A program made the position numbers and the translations under genes. The notes below the pieces were generated by a model. It was not told the origin of the DNA. It searched no databases and saw only the letters and a list, made by a program, of their open reading frames with translations. Positions 19,814 through 29,624 of a DNA stretch of 64,000 bases are shown here, piece by piece. Position 1 is the stretch's first letter. Every line of letters starts with the position of its first letter. The stretch comes from an uncultured Actinomycetes bacterium (GTDB taxonomy: Bacteria; Actinomycetota; Thermoleophilia; Gaiellales; Gaiellaceae): NCBI GenBank assembly GCA_963776735.1, contig CAVZNV010000023.1, forward strand, positions 15,080 to 79,079. The letters run 5' to 3'.

Positions 19814-22725
19814 GCGCGCCGGATCCTGCAGACGGTCCAGAGGTCGCACCAGGACGGGCATTCGTCGCCGCGCGGGTCGTGGCGCACGTCGCCCTCCTGG
19901 ATGCGTACCGCGAACTCGCGCGCCTTCTCGCGGGCGGTCTCGACGCGCGACCAGAACGTCTCGTCGTCCACGTAGTCCTTGTCCGAAAGCCCGGGGAGCC
20001 CGTCCTCGCGTGCGTCCTCACGCAGGAGCCCGCGCATCTTGCGCGCGCCCGCGAGCGGCCGGTAGAGCCCTCCGAGTGGCTCGATCCCGACCAGGTCACG
20101 CAGGACGAGCATGTAGAGCGGGATCTGGAGCCGCAGCTCCTTCTCGATCTCGGTCGCCGAGTGCGCCGCCTTGCCCGACTTGTAGTCGATCACGATCCCG
20201 CGCGCGCTGAACGGGTCGACGTCGATCCGGTCGATCTTTCCCGAGAGCGTGACGCCGCCGAGGTCGAGGCCGCGCTGGAGGTTCTGCGGCGAGCGCTCCG
20301 AGCCGAACGAGACCTCGAACCGCCGCGGGACGAGCGGCAACGGCTGCTCCGCCTCGGCGTGGACGAGCGCCTCGAGGTCGCGCCAGAGCGTCTGGTCGAG
20401 CTCGCGGCGCTGCAGGTCGCTCATGTCCATGCGGATGCCGGAGAGTGCGTCGTCGAGGCACGAGCGCATGAAGCGCACGGCGTCGTCCACACGGTCGGGC
20501 TCGACCCGGTCGGAGCCGAGCTCCTTCGGGAGCCCGTTGAAAAATCGGTTCAGCGCCGTGTGCGCGATGCTCCCCTTCAGCTTGGCGTCGACTTCCGCGT
20601 CGATGGAGCGCGGGTCGAGGAAACGCTCGACAAACCAGGCGGACGAGCAGTCGGCGAAGCGCTCGAGCTCGGTCACGCTGAAGGAGTCGCGTGCGCCGAG
20701 CGACTCGAGCACGAGCGGGTGCGTGAGCTTCGTCCGCCGCGTGAACGCCCGGCGAGCCCGGTCGAGGCGCCGATCCCAGCCGTTCGCGCAGGCGAGCGCC
20801 GACGCCTCGGCCGAGTCGGTCGCGTCGAGCCGCGCCAACGCGCGCAGCCGCTCGCGGTCGGTCCTCGCCTCCGGAAGCTCCCGCGTGAGCGCCGACAGCG
20901 GGCGGCGGATCGTCCAGCGGGCGACGTCGTCGGGCTCGAAGACGGCGCGGACGTCGTCCCAGAACGGGCTCGCCTCGCGCGGCGACCCGTCGTCCGTCGC
21001 GGCTTCGCGAACGAGGTAGAGGCGTCGCGAGGCGCGGGCGCAGGCGGTGTAGAAGAGATAGCGGTCGCGCTCGACGGCGCCGGCTCGCGCGAGCCGACCT
21101 CCGAGTCGCCGCCGGGCGGCGTCGTCGAGGAACGGCGACTCGCGCTCGCGCCGCGGCAGGCCGCCCTCTTCCAGCCCGAGCACGAACACGACCTCGAAGC
21201 GCCGCGTGCGGGCGCGGGCGAGGTCGAGCACCGCGAGCCGGCCCGATTCGCCCGCGCGGGGGCCGGGCACGGTCGCGTCCTCGAGCGCCGCGAGTACATC
21301 CTCGCGGGACAGGTCTCCTCCCCCGATCTGCCAGGCGGCAAGCTCGTCGAGCAGGCGGTGGACAGCCTCGAACGCGCGTAGATCGCGTCGTGCGTCCTCG
21401 GTCGCCGCAGGGCGGAAGGGCGAGTGCGCCGCCGCAGCCATGGCGCGGGCCTGCTCGCGCACGGCCTCGACCGGGTCGAGCTCCGAGCGCAGCGCGTTCA
21501 CGTCGTGCAGCACGCCCGGGCGAAGCTTCTCGATCTCCTCTTCGACCCGTTCCGGCTCCGCGATCCCACGCCCGCGCAACCGGCCCTCGGCGAAGTCGAC
21601 CTGGCGGCGCGAAAGGCCGGAATACGGCGAGCGCAGGAAGCCGAAGAGGCTCGCGCGGTCGCCGCCGAGCCACGCGAAGCGCAGGAGCGAGCACAGCGCG
21701 GCACCGAACGGCGTGCGCGACAGCCGCGCCGGGCCTTCGAGCGCGTAGGGGATGCCGGCGGTCCCGAAGGCGGTGCCGAGCGGCCCGGCGAAGCGCTCGA
21801 CCGACGGGCCGACGACGGCGATCGCCTCCGGCGCGAGCCCGCCGCGCACGAGGTCGAGCACCTCGTCTGCAACCAGCTCGAGCGCGGCCCGGGTGCCGGC
21901 GCCTTCGAGGAAGCGAACGGCCCCTCCGATCTCGACCGGCGAGGGCGGTGCATCCGCGAAGAGCGCCCGTTCCAGATGGGCCAGTGCGGGGTGCGCAACT
22001 TCGCCGAAGCGCGGCGGCAGTTCCTCGATGCGGCCGCCCGCGAGCCGGGCGAGATCCTGTGCTGTCTCCTGCACCGCGGCAAAGGCGGGCCGCCCCGGCT
22101 CGTACGGGAGCGAGACGGTGACGTCGACCCGGCCGGCGAGGGTCTCGAGCAACCGCCACTCGGCACCCGTGAGGTCCTCGAAGCCGTAGGCGAAGACCGG
22201 GCGCCCGTCCCAGGCGTCCAGCTCGCCCGAGATCCGCTCGGCGGCCCTGGCGCGGAGGAGGTCGCGGTCCCAGAGATCGGCGCGGTCGAGCTCGGCACGA
22301 TAGGCCGCGTACAGGCGGCCGAGATCCCCGTCGACCGCGGCCGGCTCGTGCAGCCCCGACTCGAGCTCGCCGATCGCGGCCAGCAGCACCGGGACGAACC
22401 CGCTCCGCCGAGCCGAGGCGCCGAGGCCGTTGAGCGTGACCGAGCCGAGTGCCCGCCTCGCGACGAGCGCCCGCTGCGCGTCGGACGCGGACGTGCGGTA
22501 GCCGGGCGAGGCCTGCGCGATCTCCGTGAACAGGTCGTCGAAGGTCACGATGCGCCCGCCGAGAAGCGCGCCGGCCGTCGCGAGCAACTCCCGCTCGACC
22601 CGGTCGACGTCCGCCCGGTTTGGCACGATCAGGATAGGCTCCCGATCGATGTCGGCCAGGTAGCGATCGAGGAGTCGTGCGACTTTTCCGGCGTTCGCGG
22701 GGCCCGCGAGCAGCGTCAGCGGCAT
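19810..22725 (-). CDS. addB: helicase/nuclease subunit B with C-terminal Fe-S nuclease domain (AddB/RexB-like)
   Basis: Starts MPLTLLAGPANAGKV at ATG 22725. PD-(D/E)XK nuclease (VIDYKSG). One Cys upstream (FADCSSAWF) plus terminal CPSWCDLWTVC, matching the AddB 4-Cys Fe-S arrangement. Confidence 0.8.
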   Translation of the reverse strand: MPLTLLAGPANAGKVARLLDRYLADIDREPILIVPNRADVDRVERELLATAGALLGGRIVTFDDLFTEIAQASPGYRTSASDAQRALVARRALGSVTLNGLGASARRSGFVPVLLAAIGELESGLHEPAAVDGDLGRLYAAYRAELDRADLWDRDLLRARAAERISGELDAWDGRPVFAYGFEDLTGAEWRLLETLAGRVDVTVSLPYEPGRPAFAAVQETAQDLARLAGGRIEELPPRFGEVAHPALAHLERALFADAPPSPVEIGGAVRFLEGAGTRAALELVADEVLDLVRGGLAPEAIAVVGPSVERFAGPLGTAFGTAGIPYALEGPARLSRTPFGAALCSLLRFAWLGGDRASLFGFLRSPYSGLSRRQVDFAEGRLRGRGIAEPERVEEEIEKLRPGVLHDVNALRSELDPVEAVREQARAMAAAAHSPFRPAATEDARRDLRAFEAVHRLLDELAAWQIGGGDLSREDVLAALEDATVPGPRAGESGRLAVLDLARARTRRFEVVFVLGLEEGGLPRRERESPFLDDAARRRLGGRLARAGAVERDRYLFYTACARASRRLYLVREAATDDGSPREASPFWDDVRAVFEPDDVARWTIRRPLSALTRELPEARTDRERLRALARLDATDSAEASALACANGWDRRLDRARRAFTRRTKLTHPLVLESLGARDSFSVTELERFADCSSAWFVERFLDPRSIDAEVDAKLKGSIAHTALNRFFNGLPKELGSDRVEPDRVDDAVRFMRSCLDDALSGIRMDMSDLQRRELDQTLWRDLEALVHAEAEQPLPLVPRRFEVSFGSERSPQNLQRGLDLGGVTLSGKIDRIDVDPFSARGIVIDYKSGKAAHSATEIEKELRLQIPLYMLVLRDLVGIEPLGGLYRPLAGARKMRGLLREDAREDGLPGLSDKDYVDDETFWSRVETAREKAREFAVRIQEGDVRHDPRGDECPSWCDLWTVCRIRRA

Positions 22726-22794
22726 CGCCGCCAGTCTACGGACGGGGTGGGACGATTCCGGGCGCGCCCGGAACGCGCTGTCCGGAACGTGCGG

Positions 22795-22829
22795 AGAAAA
22801 GCGAACGGGCGGTCGGCCCGCCCGTTCGC
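22795..22829 (-). terminator. rho-independent terminator downstream of the small zinc-ribbon gene
   Basis: Perfect 12-bp stem GCGAACGGGCGG / CCGCCCGTTCGC with a 5-nt loop, followed on the minus strand by TTTTCT. Confidence 0.65.
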
Positions 22830-22852
22830 ACGCCTGCCCTAGCCCATGGTTG

Positions 22853-23050
22853 CTACGCCGTGACCGACTTCGGCCGACGCCCGCGCCGGGCGACTGCGTT
22901 GCCGGGCATCCCGCCGGCGCACCCGTCGCAGAGATCTGCCTGCTTCGATCCGCGACGTGCGTCGGTGTAATTGATGCGCATGAGGGCGCCCTTCCCGTCG
23001 CCGACTTCTGTGCCGCAGCTGTCGCACACCAGAACTGTCTTGCGAGCCAC
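22853..23050 (-). CDS. small zinc-ribbon protein with basic RGR-rich tail
   Basis: GAAGGAGGA ribosome-binding site 6 nt before GTG 23050. 65 aa with CDSC...CDGC and a C-terminal ARRGRRPKS tail. Strong terminator downstream. Confidence 0.6.
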   Translation of the reverse strand: MARKTVLVCDSCGTEVGDGKGALMRINYTDARRGSKQADLCDGCAGGMPGNAVARRGRRPKSVTA

Positions 23051-23169
23051 TTCTCGTCCTCCTTCGTTGGTTCGCCGCAGAACGGAAAAGAGTGTAGAGC
23101 AAAACGAGCGCGCGAACGAGTGAACATTTCTCTTCCATTTCACTGCCACTTGTCAATAGCAGCGCCGCG

Positions 23170-23175
23170 TAGAAT
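23170..23175 (+). promoter_or_regulatory. candidate -10 box (TAGAAT) for a leaderless transcript
   Basis: TAGAAT lies 6 nt before ATG 23182 and no Shine-Dalgarno sequence is present, a geometry typical of actinobacterial leaderless mRNAs. The -35 region is poor. Confidence 0.3.
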
Positions 23176-23181
23176 CGCGCG

Positions 23182-24249
23182 ATGGACGCGAACACGATCG
23201 TCGTGCTGGAGGGAGACGAGACCGGTCAGGAGCTTCTCGAAGAGGCGTTGCGAGTTCTCGAACCGGGCGTCGTCGACCTTTCGCTCGACTTCGAGCACTT
23301 CGACCTGTCGCTCGAGAGCCGGCGCGCCACCGACAATCGCGTCGTCTACGACGCCGCGCACGCGGTTCGCGACCGCGGACTTGGACTGAAGGCGGCGACC
23401 GTCACGCCGGAGCAGGCGGGCGACGTCGGTTCGCCGAATCGCATCCTGCGCGAGGAGATCGGCGGGCGCGTCATCGTCCGCACCGGACGGCGGATTCCCG
23501 GTATCGCACCGCTCGGCGGCGTGCACGCCCCGATCTCGGTCGTCCGGATGGCGGTCGGCGACGCGTACGGCGCGAAGGAATGGCGCGAGGGCGAAGGCGA
23601 GGACGAAGCGGCATTTCGAACCGAGCGGATCGAGCGGCGCATCTGCCGTTCGGTGGCCGAATTCGCCTTTCGACTCGCCGAGCGGACCGGCGCCCGTGTC
23701 TTCGGCGGCCCGAAGTACACCGTCAGCCCGATCTACGAGGGAATGCTCAAGGAAGAGATGGACGCAGCCGCAGAACGGCATCCGCTCGTCACCTACCAGC
23801 CGCAACTCATCGACGCCACGTTCGCGCTGCTCCTCTCCGCGAGCGGTGATCCTCTGGTGATCCCGGCGCTGAATCGCGACGGCGATATCCTCTCCGACCT
23901 CGTCCTGCCGCTGTTCGGGTCGATCGCCGGATCGGAGTCGCTGATCGTCGGCTTCGGCGACGACTACGTGCCGACGGTCGTGCTGGCGGAAGCCGCGCAC
24001 GGGACCGCACCGGCGTTGCGGGGGAAGAACGTCGCGAACCCGATGGCGATGATCCTCGCTGCCGCGGCGCTGCTCGCGTATCTCCCGGGTGGCGAGCCTG
24101 CGTCTCGGGCGATCCGGGAGTCGTGCCTGGAATCGGTCGCCGACGGCATCCGCACGGCCGACCTCTCCGGCCACTCCTCGACGACCGAGTTCACGGACGA
24201 GGTGATCCGGCGCGTGCGCCAGAAGCTCGAGATCTGGTCCGCGCTCTAG
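23182..24249 (+). CDS. isocitrate/isopropylmalate dehydrogenase family protein
   Basis: Family motifs (LKAATVTP, NRDGDILSDL, AHGTAPAL..KNVANPMAMILAAA). The substrate cannot be assigned by eye. Confidence 0.85.
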   Translation: MDANTIVVLEGDETGQELLEEALRVLEPGVVDLSLDFEHFDLSLESRRATDNRVVYDAAHAVRDRGLGLKAATVTPEQAGDVGSPNRILREEIGGRVIVRTGRRIPGIAPLGGVHAPISVVRMAVGDAYGAKEWREGEGEDEAAFRTERIERRICRSVAEFAFRLAERTGARVFGGPKYTVSPIYEGMLKEEMDAAAERHPLVTYQPQLIDATFALLLSASGDPLVIPALNRDGDILSDLVLPLFGSIAGSESLIVGFGDDYVPTVVLAEAAHGTAPALRGKNVANPMAMILAAAALLAYLPGGEPASRAIRESCLESVADGIRTADLSGHSSTTEFTDEVIRRVRQKLEIWSAL

Positions 24250-24272
24250 CCAAGTAACACTGTGTTACTTGG
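24250..24272. terminator. perfect AT-rich hairpin between convergent genes
   Basis: CCAAGTAACA-CTG-TGTTACTTGG: 10-bp perfect stem starting immediately after the TAG of the dehydrogenase gene. No clear T-tract. Confidence 0.45.
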
Positions 24273-24336
24273 TCAGGCGGTGGCGGCACTTGCGCGTGCG
24301 TCCTCGCGCGTGGCGTCCGCGAGCGAGCCGTCGCGC

Positions 24337-24927
24337 TCAGCTTGCTGCACGCTGGCGCGTGTCTGACGCGACGGTCAAGGAACCGTCGCGCCAGGCTTCG
24401 GCGAATACGCGCACGACCTCGGGGTCGAACTGTGTCCCGGCGCAGCGCTCGAGCTCGGCGAGCGCGAGCTGCTCCGTCATTGCGCGGCGGTAGGGCCGGT
24501 CGCTCGTCATCGCGTCGAACGAGTCCACCACCGCCAACACACGCGCCTCGGGCGGGATCGCCTCGCCCTCGACGCCGACCGGATAACCGCTCCCGTCCCA
24601 CCGCTCGTGGTGGTAGAGCACGCCCGGCACGGCGAGGCGCAGCGAGCGAACCTTCGCGACCATCCGCGCGCCTTCCTCGGGATGGCGGCGCATCTCGGCA
24701 AGCTCGTCCGCGCCCAGCGGCCCCGGCTTGCGCAGGATCCGCTCCGGGACGCGCAGCTTGCCGACGTCGTGGAGCGCCGCGCACATGCGCAGCACGTCGA
24801 CGTCCGCCTCGTCCCAGCCGAGCCGCTCGGCGACCACTTCCGCCATCACGGCGACCCTGGCCGCGTGTCCGGCCGAGTGGGGATCGCGCGCTTCGATCGC
24901 GCGCGACAATGCCAGTAGATCCGACAT
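24337..24927 (-). CDS. HD-GYP domain protein (putative c-di-GMP phosphodiesterase)
   Basis: ATG at 24927 (MSDLLALSRAIEARD...). HDVGK and HHERWDGSGYP motifs. The rest of the listed 557-aa ORF is antisense to pntAA. Confidence 0.8.
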   Translation of the reverse strand: MSDLLALSRAIEARDPHSAGHAARVAVMAEVVAERLGWDEADVDVLRMCAALHDVGKLRVPERILRKPGPLGADELAEMRRHPEEGARMVAKVRSLRLAVPGVLYHHERWDGSGYPVGVEGEAIPPEARVLAVVDSFDAMTSDRPYRRAMTEQLALAELERCAGTQFDPEVVRVFAEAWRDGSLTVASDTRQRAAS

Positions 24928-25008
24928 GGCCCGGCTGAGTTCTCCCCGGGCCGCCGCGCTCCTTCCCCGGGCGGCCGTCCGACCGAACGGTATAGGCTCG
25001 GCTACGGC

Positions 25009-26097
25009 ATGCGGATCGGCGTTCCGAAGGAGACCGCGCCCGGCGAGCGCCGCGTGGCCCTCGTGCCAGAGGTCGTAGGCAAGCTCGCAGGCTCCGGCTT
25101 CGAGGTGCTGGTGGAGAAAGGCGCCGGAACCGACGCGTCCTTCACCGACGCGGCCTACGCGGACGCGGGCGCGAGCCTCGTCGACGACGTCTTCGGCCAG
25201 GCCGAAGGCGTCGTCAAGGTGCAGAAGCCGAGCGCGGACGAGGCCGCGAAGCTGCGCCGGGGCGACGTCCTGATCGGCTTCCTGCAGCCGCTGACGGATC
25301 AGGAGGGGATCGAGCAGCTCGCCAAGGCGGGCGTGGTCGCCTTCGCGATGGAGTCGATCCCGCGCATCACGCGCGCACAGCCGATGGATGCGCTCTCCTC
25401 CCAGGCGACGGTGTCCGGCTACAAGGGCGCGCTGCTCGCGGCCGACCGCCTGCCGAAGTTCTTCCCGATGCTGACGACCGCTGCGGGCACCGTGCCGCCC
25501 GCGAAGGTGCTCGTCCTCGGCGCGGGCGTCGCCGGCCTGCAGGCCATCGCGACCGCGCGCCGTCTCGGCGCCGTCGTGTCCGGCTTCGACGTGCGGCCGG
25601 TCGTGAAGGAGCAGGTCGAGTCGCTCGGCGCGAACTTCCTCGACCTGGGCATCCGCGGCGAGGAGACGGAAGGCGGGTACGCAACCGAGCTGACGCCGGA
25701 GCAGCAGACGCAGCAGCAGGCCGAGCTCGAGAAGCGGCTGCCCGACTTCGACGTCGTGATCACGACCGCCGCGATCCCGGGGCGGCCGGCACCGAAGCTG
25801 ATCCCGGCGACGGCCGTCCGCGCGATGCGGCCCGGCTCCGTGATCGTCGACCTCGCCGCCGAGACGGGTGGCAACTGCGAGCTGACGAGACCCGGCGAGG
25901 AGACCGTCGAGAGCGGCGTCACGATCGTGGGCCTCACCAACCTGCCGAGCACGATGCCCGCGCACGCCAGCCAGCTCTACTCGCGCAACGTCGCCGCGCT
26001 CCTCACGCACCTGGCGCCCGAAGGCACGCTCACGCTCGACTTCTCGGACGAGATCACGGCCGGCGCGTGCGTGAGCAGAAAGGACGATGCCGCGTGA
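25009..26097 (+). CDS. pntAA: NAD(P) transhydrogenase subunit alpha, part 1
   Basis: Alanine-dehydrogenase/PNT N- and C-domains, Rossmann motif VLVLGAGVAGLQAIATA. Confidence 0.9.
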   Translation: MRIGVPKETAPGERRVALVPEVVGKLAGSGFEVLVEKGAGTDASFTDAAYADAGASLVDDVFGQAEGVVKVQKPSADEAAKLRRGDVLIGFLQPLTDQEGIEQLAKAGVVAFAMESIPRITRAQPMDALSSQATVSGYKGALLAADRLPKFFPMLTTAAGTVPPAKVLVLGAGVAGLQAIATARRLGAVVSGFDVRPVVKEQVESLGANFLDLGIRGEETEGGYATELTPEQQTQQQAELEKRLPDFDVVITTAAIPGRPAPKLIPATAVRAMRPGSVIVDLAAETGGNCELTRPGEETVESGVTIVGLTNLPSTMPAHASQLYSRNVAALLTHLAPEGTLTLDFSDEITAGACVSRKDDAA

Positions 26098-26405
26098 CCT
26101 CTTCGTTCATCATCGAGCTGACGATCCTGATCCTGGCCGCGTTCCTCGGCCTCGAGGTGATCTCGAAGGTGCCGACGCTGCTGCACACGCCGCTGATGTC
26201 GGGCACGAACGCGATCCACGGCATCGTCGTCATCGGCGGGATCATCGTCGCGGCGCAGCCGCATCAGTCCACGTGGATCCATATCGTTGCGCTGCTCGCG
26301 GTCGCGCTCGGCACGGCCAACGTCGTCGGCGGGTTCGTCGTGACGGACCGCATGCTCCAGATGTTCAAGCGGCGGAAGCCCGCGAACGAGGAGAAGCCCG
26401 AGTGA
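26094..26405 (+). CDS. pntAB: NAD(P) transhydrogenase subunit alpha, part 2 (membrane)
   Basis: Three TM helices and the motif HTPLMSGTNAIHGIV. GTGA overlap with pntAA. Confidence 0.85.
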   Translation: MTSSFIIELTILILAAFLGLEVISKVPTLLHTPLMSGTNAIHGIVVIGGIIVAAQPHQSTWIHIVALLAVALGTANVVGGFVVTDRMLQMFKRRKPANEEKPE

Positions 26406-27826
26406 CCGTCGCTCTCCCGCTGGCGTCGATCAGCCGGACCGACTGGATCTCGCTCGCTTACATCGTCGCGATCGTCAGCTTCATCCTCGCGCTGCGGTTC
26501 CTCTCCGACCCGGCCCGCGCGCGGCACGGAAACTGGATCGGCGCCTTCGGCATGACCGTTGCGATCGTCGCGACGTTCTTCCTGCCTGAGCTCGATTCGA
26601 GCCAGTTCGTCTGGATCCTGATCGTCATGGCCGTGACCGCGCCGATCGGCGCTTATGCCGCCCGCGCCGTGAAGATGACCGCGATGCCGCAGATGGTGGC
26701 GCTGTTCAACGGCGTCGGCGGCGGCGCGGCGGCGCTGATCGCGCTCGCCGACTTTCACCAGCACGCCCCGGCCCCCGGACGGCTGGCCCTGAACAGCTCC
26801 GTCGCGATCGTGCTCTCGGCGATGATCGGCTCGATCTCGTTCGCGGGCAGCATGATCGCGTTCGCGAAGCTGCAGGAGCTGATCGGCGGCCGGCCGATCC
26901 AGTACCCGGGGCAGAAGTTCGGCAACCTCGCGCTGCTCGCAGCGATCGTCGGCCTCGGTTTTGCGATCATCGCGGGCTACGAGCACCAGTGGGTGCTCGG
27001 CCTGATCATTCTCGGCTCGCTCGGGTTCGGCGTTCTGTTCGTGCTGCCGATCGGCGGCGCCGACATGCCGGTCGTCATCTCGCTCCTGAACGCCTTTACC
27101 GGCGTCGCCGCCGCCGCCACGGGCTTCGTCCTACATTTGAACGTGTTGATCGTGGCCGGCATGCTCGTCGGCGCCTCGGGCACGCTCCTGACGCTGATGA
27201 TGGCCCGCTCGATGGGCCGCTCGGTCACCAACGTGCTCTTCGGTGCCTTCGGGACGCTGCAGGTGACCGGCGAGGCGCTCGCCGCCTCGGGCGGGTCGGT
27301 GCGCCCGACCACGCCGGAGGACGTGGCGGTCATGCTCGCCTACGCCCACCGCGTGATCATCGTCCCCGGCTACGGGCTCGCGGTCGCGCAGGCGCAGCAC
27401 GCCGTGCGAGAACTGGCGACCGAGCTCGAGAAGAGGAACGTCGAGGTGGTCTACGCGATCCATCCCGTCGCCGGCCGCATGCCGGGGCATATGAACGTGC
27501 TCCTCGCGGAGGCCAACGTGCCGTACGACCAGCTGAAGGAGATGGACGAGGTCAACCCGTCGTTCGACCAGACCGACGTGGCGCTCGTCATCGGCGCCAA
27601 CGACGTCACCAACCCGGCGGCGCGCAGCGACCCCGGCAGCCCGATCTACGGCATGCCGATCCTGAACGTCGACCACGCGCAGAACGTCGTCGTCCTCAAG
27701 CGGAGCATGAACCCGGGCTTCGCGGGGATCGACAACCCGCTGTTCGTCGACCCGAAGACGGTGATGCTCTTCGGCGACGCAAAATCGTCGGTCGAGAAGC
27801 TCGTCGCCGCCGTCAAGCAGGTGTAA
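26402..27826 (+). CDS. pntB: NAD(P) transhydrogenase subunit beta
   Basis: Polytopic N-terminal part plus NADP(H)-binding dIII domain (IIVPGYGLAVAQAQH, HPVAGRMPGHMNVLLAEA). GTGA overlap with pntAB. Confidence 0.9.
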   Translation: MTVALPLASISRTDWISLAYIVAIVSFILALRFLSDPARARHGNWIGAFGMTVAIVATFFLPELDSSQFVWILIVMAVTAPIGAYAARAVKMTAMPQMVALFNGVGGGAAALIALADFHQHAPAPGRLALNSSVAIVLSAMIGSISFAGSMIAFAKLQELIGGRPIQYPGQKFGNLALLAAIVGLGFAIIAGYEHQWVLGLIILGSLGFGVLFVLPIGGADMPVVISLLNAFTGVAAAATGFVLHLNVLIVAGMLVGASGTLLTLMMARSMGRSVTNVLFGAFGTLQVTGEALAASGGSVRPTTPEDVAVMLAYAHRVIIVPGYGLAVAQAQHAVRELATELEKRNVEVVYAIHPVAGRMPGHMNVLLAEANVPYDQLKEMDEVNPSFDQTDVALVIGANDVTNPAARSDPGSPIYGMPILNVDHAQNVVVLKRSMNPGFAGIDNPLFVDPKTVMLFGDAKSSVEKLVAAVKQV

Positions 27827-27834
27827 GTGCACTA

Positions 27835-28773
27835 GTGGCAGTCCCGCTCTTCCGAGCCGCCGACGTGTACGAGGCCGTCTCGCCCGAGCGGGCGGTGGAC
27901 GCCGTGCGCGACGCGTTCGTCGCCTACGCGCGGAACGAATGGTCGATGCCGCCGAAGGTCTACGTGCCCGCGTATCCGGCCGGGGACTTCCGCGCCATGC
28001 CGGCACACGGCGGCGGCTTCGCGCTGCTCAAGTGGATCTCGTCCTTCCCCGGCAACCCGGCGCAGGGCCTGCCGACCGTGCTCGGGACGGCGCTGCTCTC
28101 CGACGCGTCGACGGGGAGGCTCGTCGCGGTCTTCGACGCGGCCTCGCTGACGGCGTTGCGGACCGGCGCTGCGGCCGTACTCGCGGCAGAGACGCTGGCG
28201 CGCGAGGACGCGGGCTCCGCGGCGGTGATCGGCTCCGGCGTGAACGGGAAGGCGGTCGCCCGCACGTTCCTCGCCCGCGGCCGCAAGGTTGCGATCCACG
28301 ACGTCGACCGCTCGCGCGCCGAGGCTGCCGCGTCCGAGCTGGGCGCGGACGTCGCCGAGTCGCAAGACGAGGCCCTCGCGGCGGACATCGTCGCCACCGT
28401 CACGCCCGGCAAGAACGTCCTCTTCCCCGAGGGGTCGCTCCGGCCGGGCCAGCACGTGAGCCTGATGGGAGCGGACGGGCCGGACAAGCAGGAGATCGCG
28501 GCCGGCGAGCTCTCGCGGGTCTCGACGTTCTGCGACGACTGGGGCCAGGCGAGCCACGCCGGCGATCTTGCGCACGCGGTCGAGGTCGGCCTCGTGACGC
28601 GCGACGACGTGACCGAGCTAGGCACCGTGCTGCTCGGCGATGCCCCCGGCCGCCGCTCGGACGACGAGATCACCGCGTTCGACTCGACCGGGCTCGCGAT
28701 CCAGGATCTCGCGATCGCACTGGCCGCTTTCGAGGCCGCGGGCAGCCTCGACCTGGCGCGCATCGACCTCTAG
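27835..28773 (+). CDS. ornithine cyclodeaminase / mu-crystallin family protein
   Basis: Family pattern (MPAHGGGFALLKWISSFPGNP, LTALRTGAA, IGSGVNGKA Rossmann). GTG at 27835, just after the pntB stop. Confidence 0.8.
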   Translation: MAVPLFRAADVYEAVSPERAVDAVRDAFVAYARNEWSMPPKVYVPAYPAGDFRAMPAHGGGFALLKWISSFPGNPAQGLPTVLGTALLSDASTGRLVAVFDAASLTALRTGAAAVLAAETLAREDAGSAAVIGSGVNGKAVARTFLARGRKVAIHDVDRSRAEAAASELGADVAESQDEALAADIVATVTPGKNVLFPEGSLRPGQHVSLMGADGPDKQEIAAGELSRVSTFCDDWGQASHAGDLAHAVEVGLVTRDDVTELGTVLLGDAPGRRSDDEITAFDSTGLAIQDLAIALAAFEAAGSLDLARIDL

Positions 28774-29624
28774 CCGCTGCGGCGGTAGACGCAGCTGCTG
28801 TGATCGGGCCGGAAGCCGGCGCCGAGGTAGGTCTTCTTCGCGCCGGGGTTCTTGTCCCAGTAGCTCACCTTCAACCGCTCGCAGCCGCGCGCCGCGAGCC
28901 GATCGACTCCAGCCGTGAAGACGTGCCGTGCCAGGCCGCGGCGCTGATAGTCGTCCTCGGTGCGCATCGGCTCGACGAGGCCCACGCGGGTGACCGGGTC
29001 GGGCCAGAACAGCCCATATGCGGCCACATCTCCGTTGGGAGCCTCGACGAACAAGTCGAGCTCGGGGTCGTAGAGCGAGCACTCGGCCAGACGCTCAGCG
29101 ACGTGCTCGCCGTTGCGGCGAACGAAGTGATGTGGCCGGTCGGCGGTCTCCGCCCGCGAGCGGAGCCGGAACCCATCCGGGAGGGGCGCAACCGGAGGGC
29201 GTCGCGCCGCGTCGAGCCAGCTCGTCGTGTCCTCGTCGCCCCCGGCCGCAAAGCCGGCGTCGCCGAGCGCGCCGAGCAGCAACGGATCGTCGTTGCGGGC
29301 GCGAATCGACACGGACTCGAGCCCGAGCTCGGCGAACCGCTCCAGCGCGCGCTTCCAGACCGGCCCGAAGTCCCCCGGGTCGACGATCACGTCGCACTCC
29401 CACTTGCCGTCCCAGTCGTTGAGCGTGACGGCCGCGACCGGCTCGTCCGCGTCATCCAGCCAGAACAGCTGCCCGAGCTCGTCGGACGGCCGCTCCCTGC
29501 GCCACCACCAATGGAAGTCCGCTGCCTCCCAGACGCCGCCGGTCGGATCAGCGAGTCGCCGTCGCTGCAGGAGCCGCGTGATGGCGTCGAGATAGTCCCG
29601 TCCGGCGAGCTCGACGAGGCGCAC
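28770..29624 (-). CDS. GNAT family N-acetyltransferase
   Basis: Acetyl-CoA motif A (YQRRGLARHVFTAGVDRLAARG) in the C-terminal half. GTG 29624 overlaps the upstream TAG by 1 nt. Confidence 0.75.
   Translation of the reverse strand: MRLVELAGRDYLDAITRLLQRRRLADPTGGVWEAADFHWWWRRERPSDELGQLFWLDDADEPVAAVTLNDWDGKWECDVIVDPGDFGPVWKRALERFAELGLESVSIRARNDDPLLLGALGDAGFAAGGDEDTTSWLDAARRPPVAPLPDGFRLRSRAETADRPHHFVRRNGEHVAERLAECSLYDPELDLFVEAPNGDVAAYGLFWPDPVTRVGLVEPMRTEDDYQRRGLARHVFTAGVDRLAARGCERLKVSYWDKNPGAKKTYLGAGFRPDHSSCVYRRSG

Noticed and set aside
24337-26010. 557-aa ORF as a single large HD-GYP protein
   Set aside because: Only the last 196 codons (from ATG 24927) are protein-like. The upstream part is antisense to pntAA, which has unambiguous transhydrogenase motifs.
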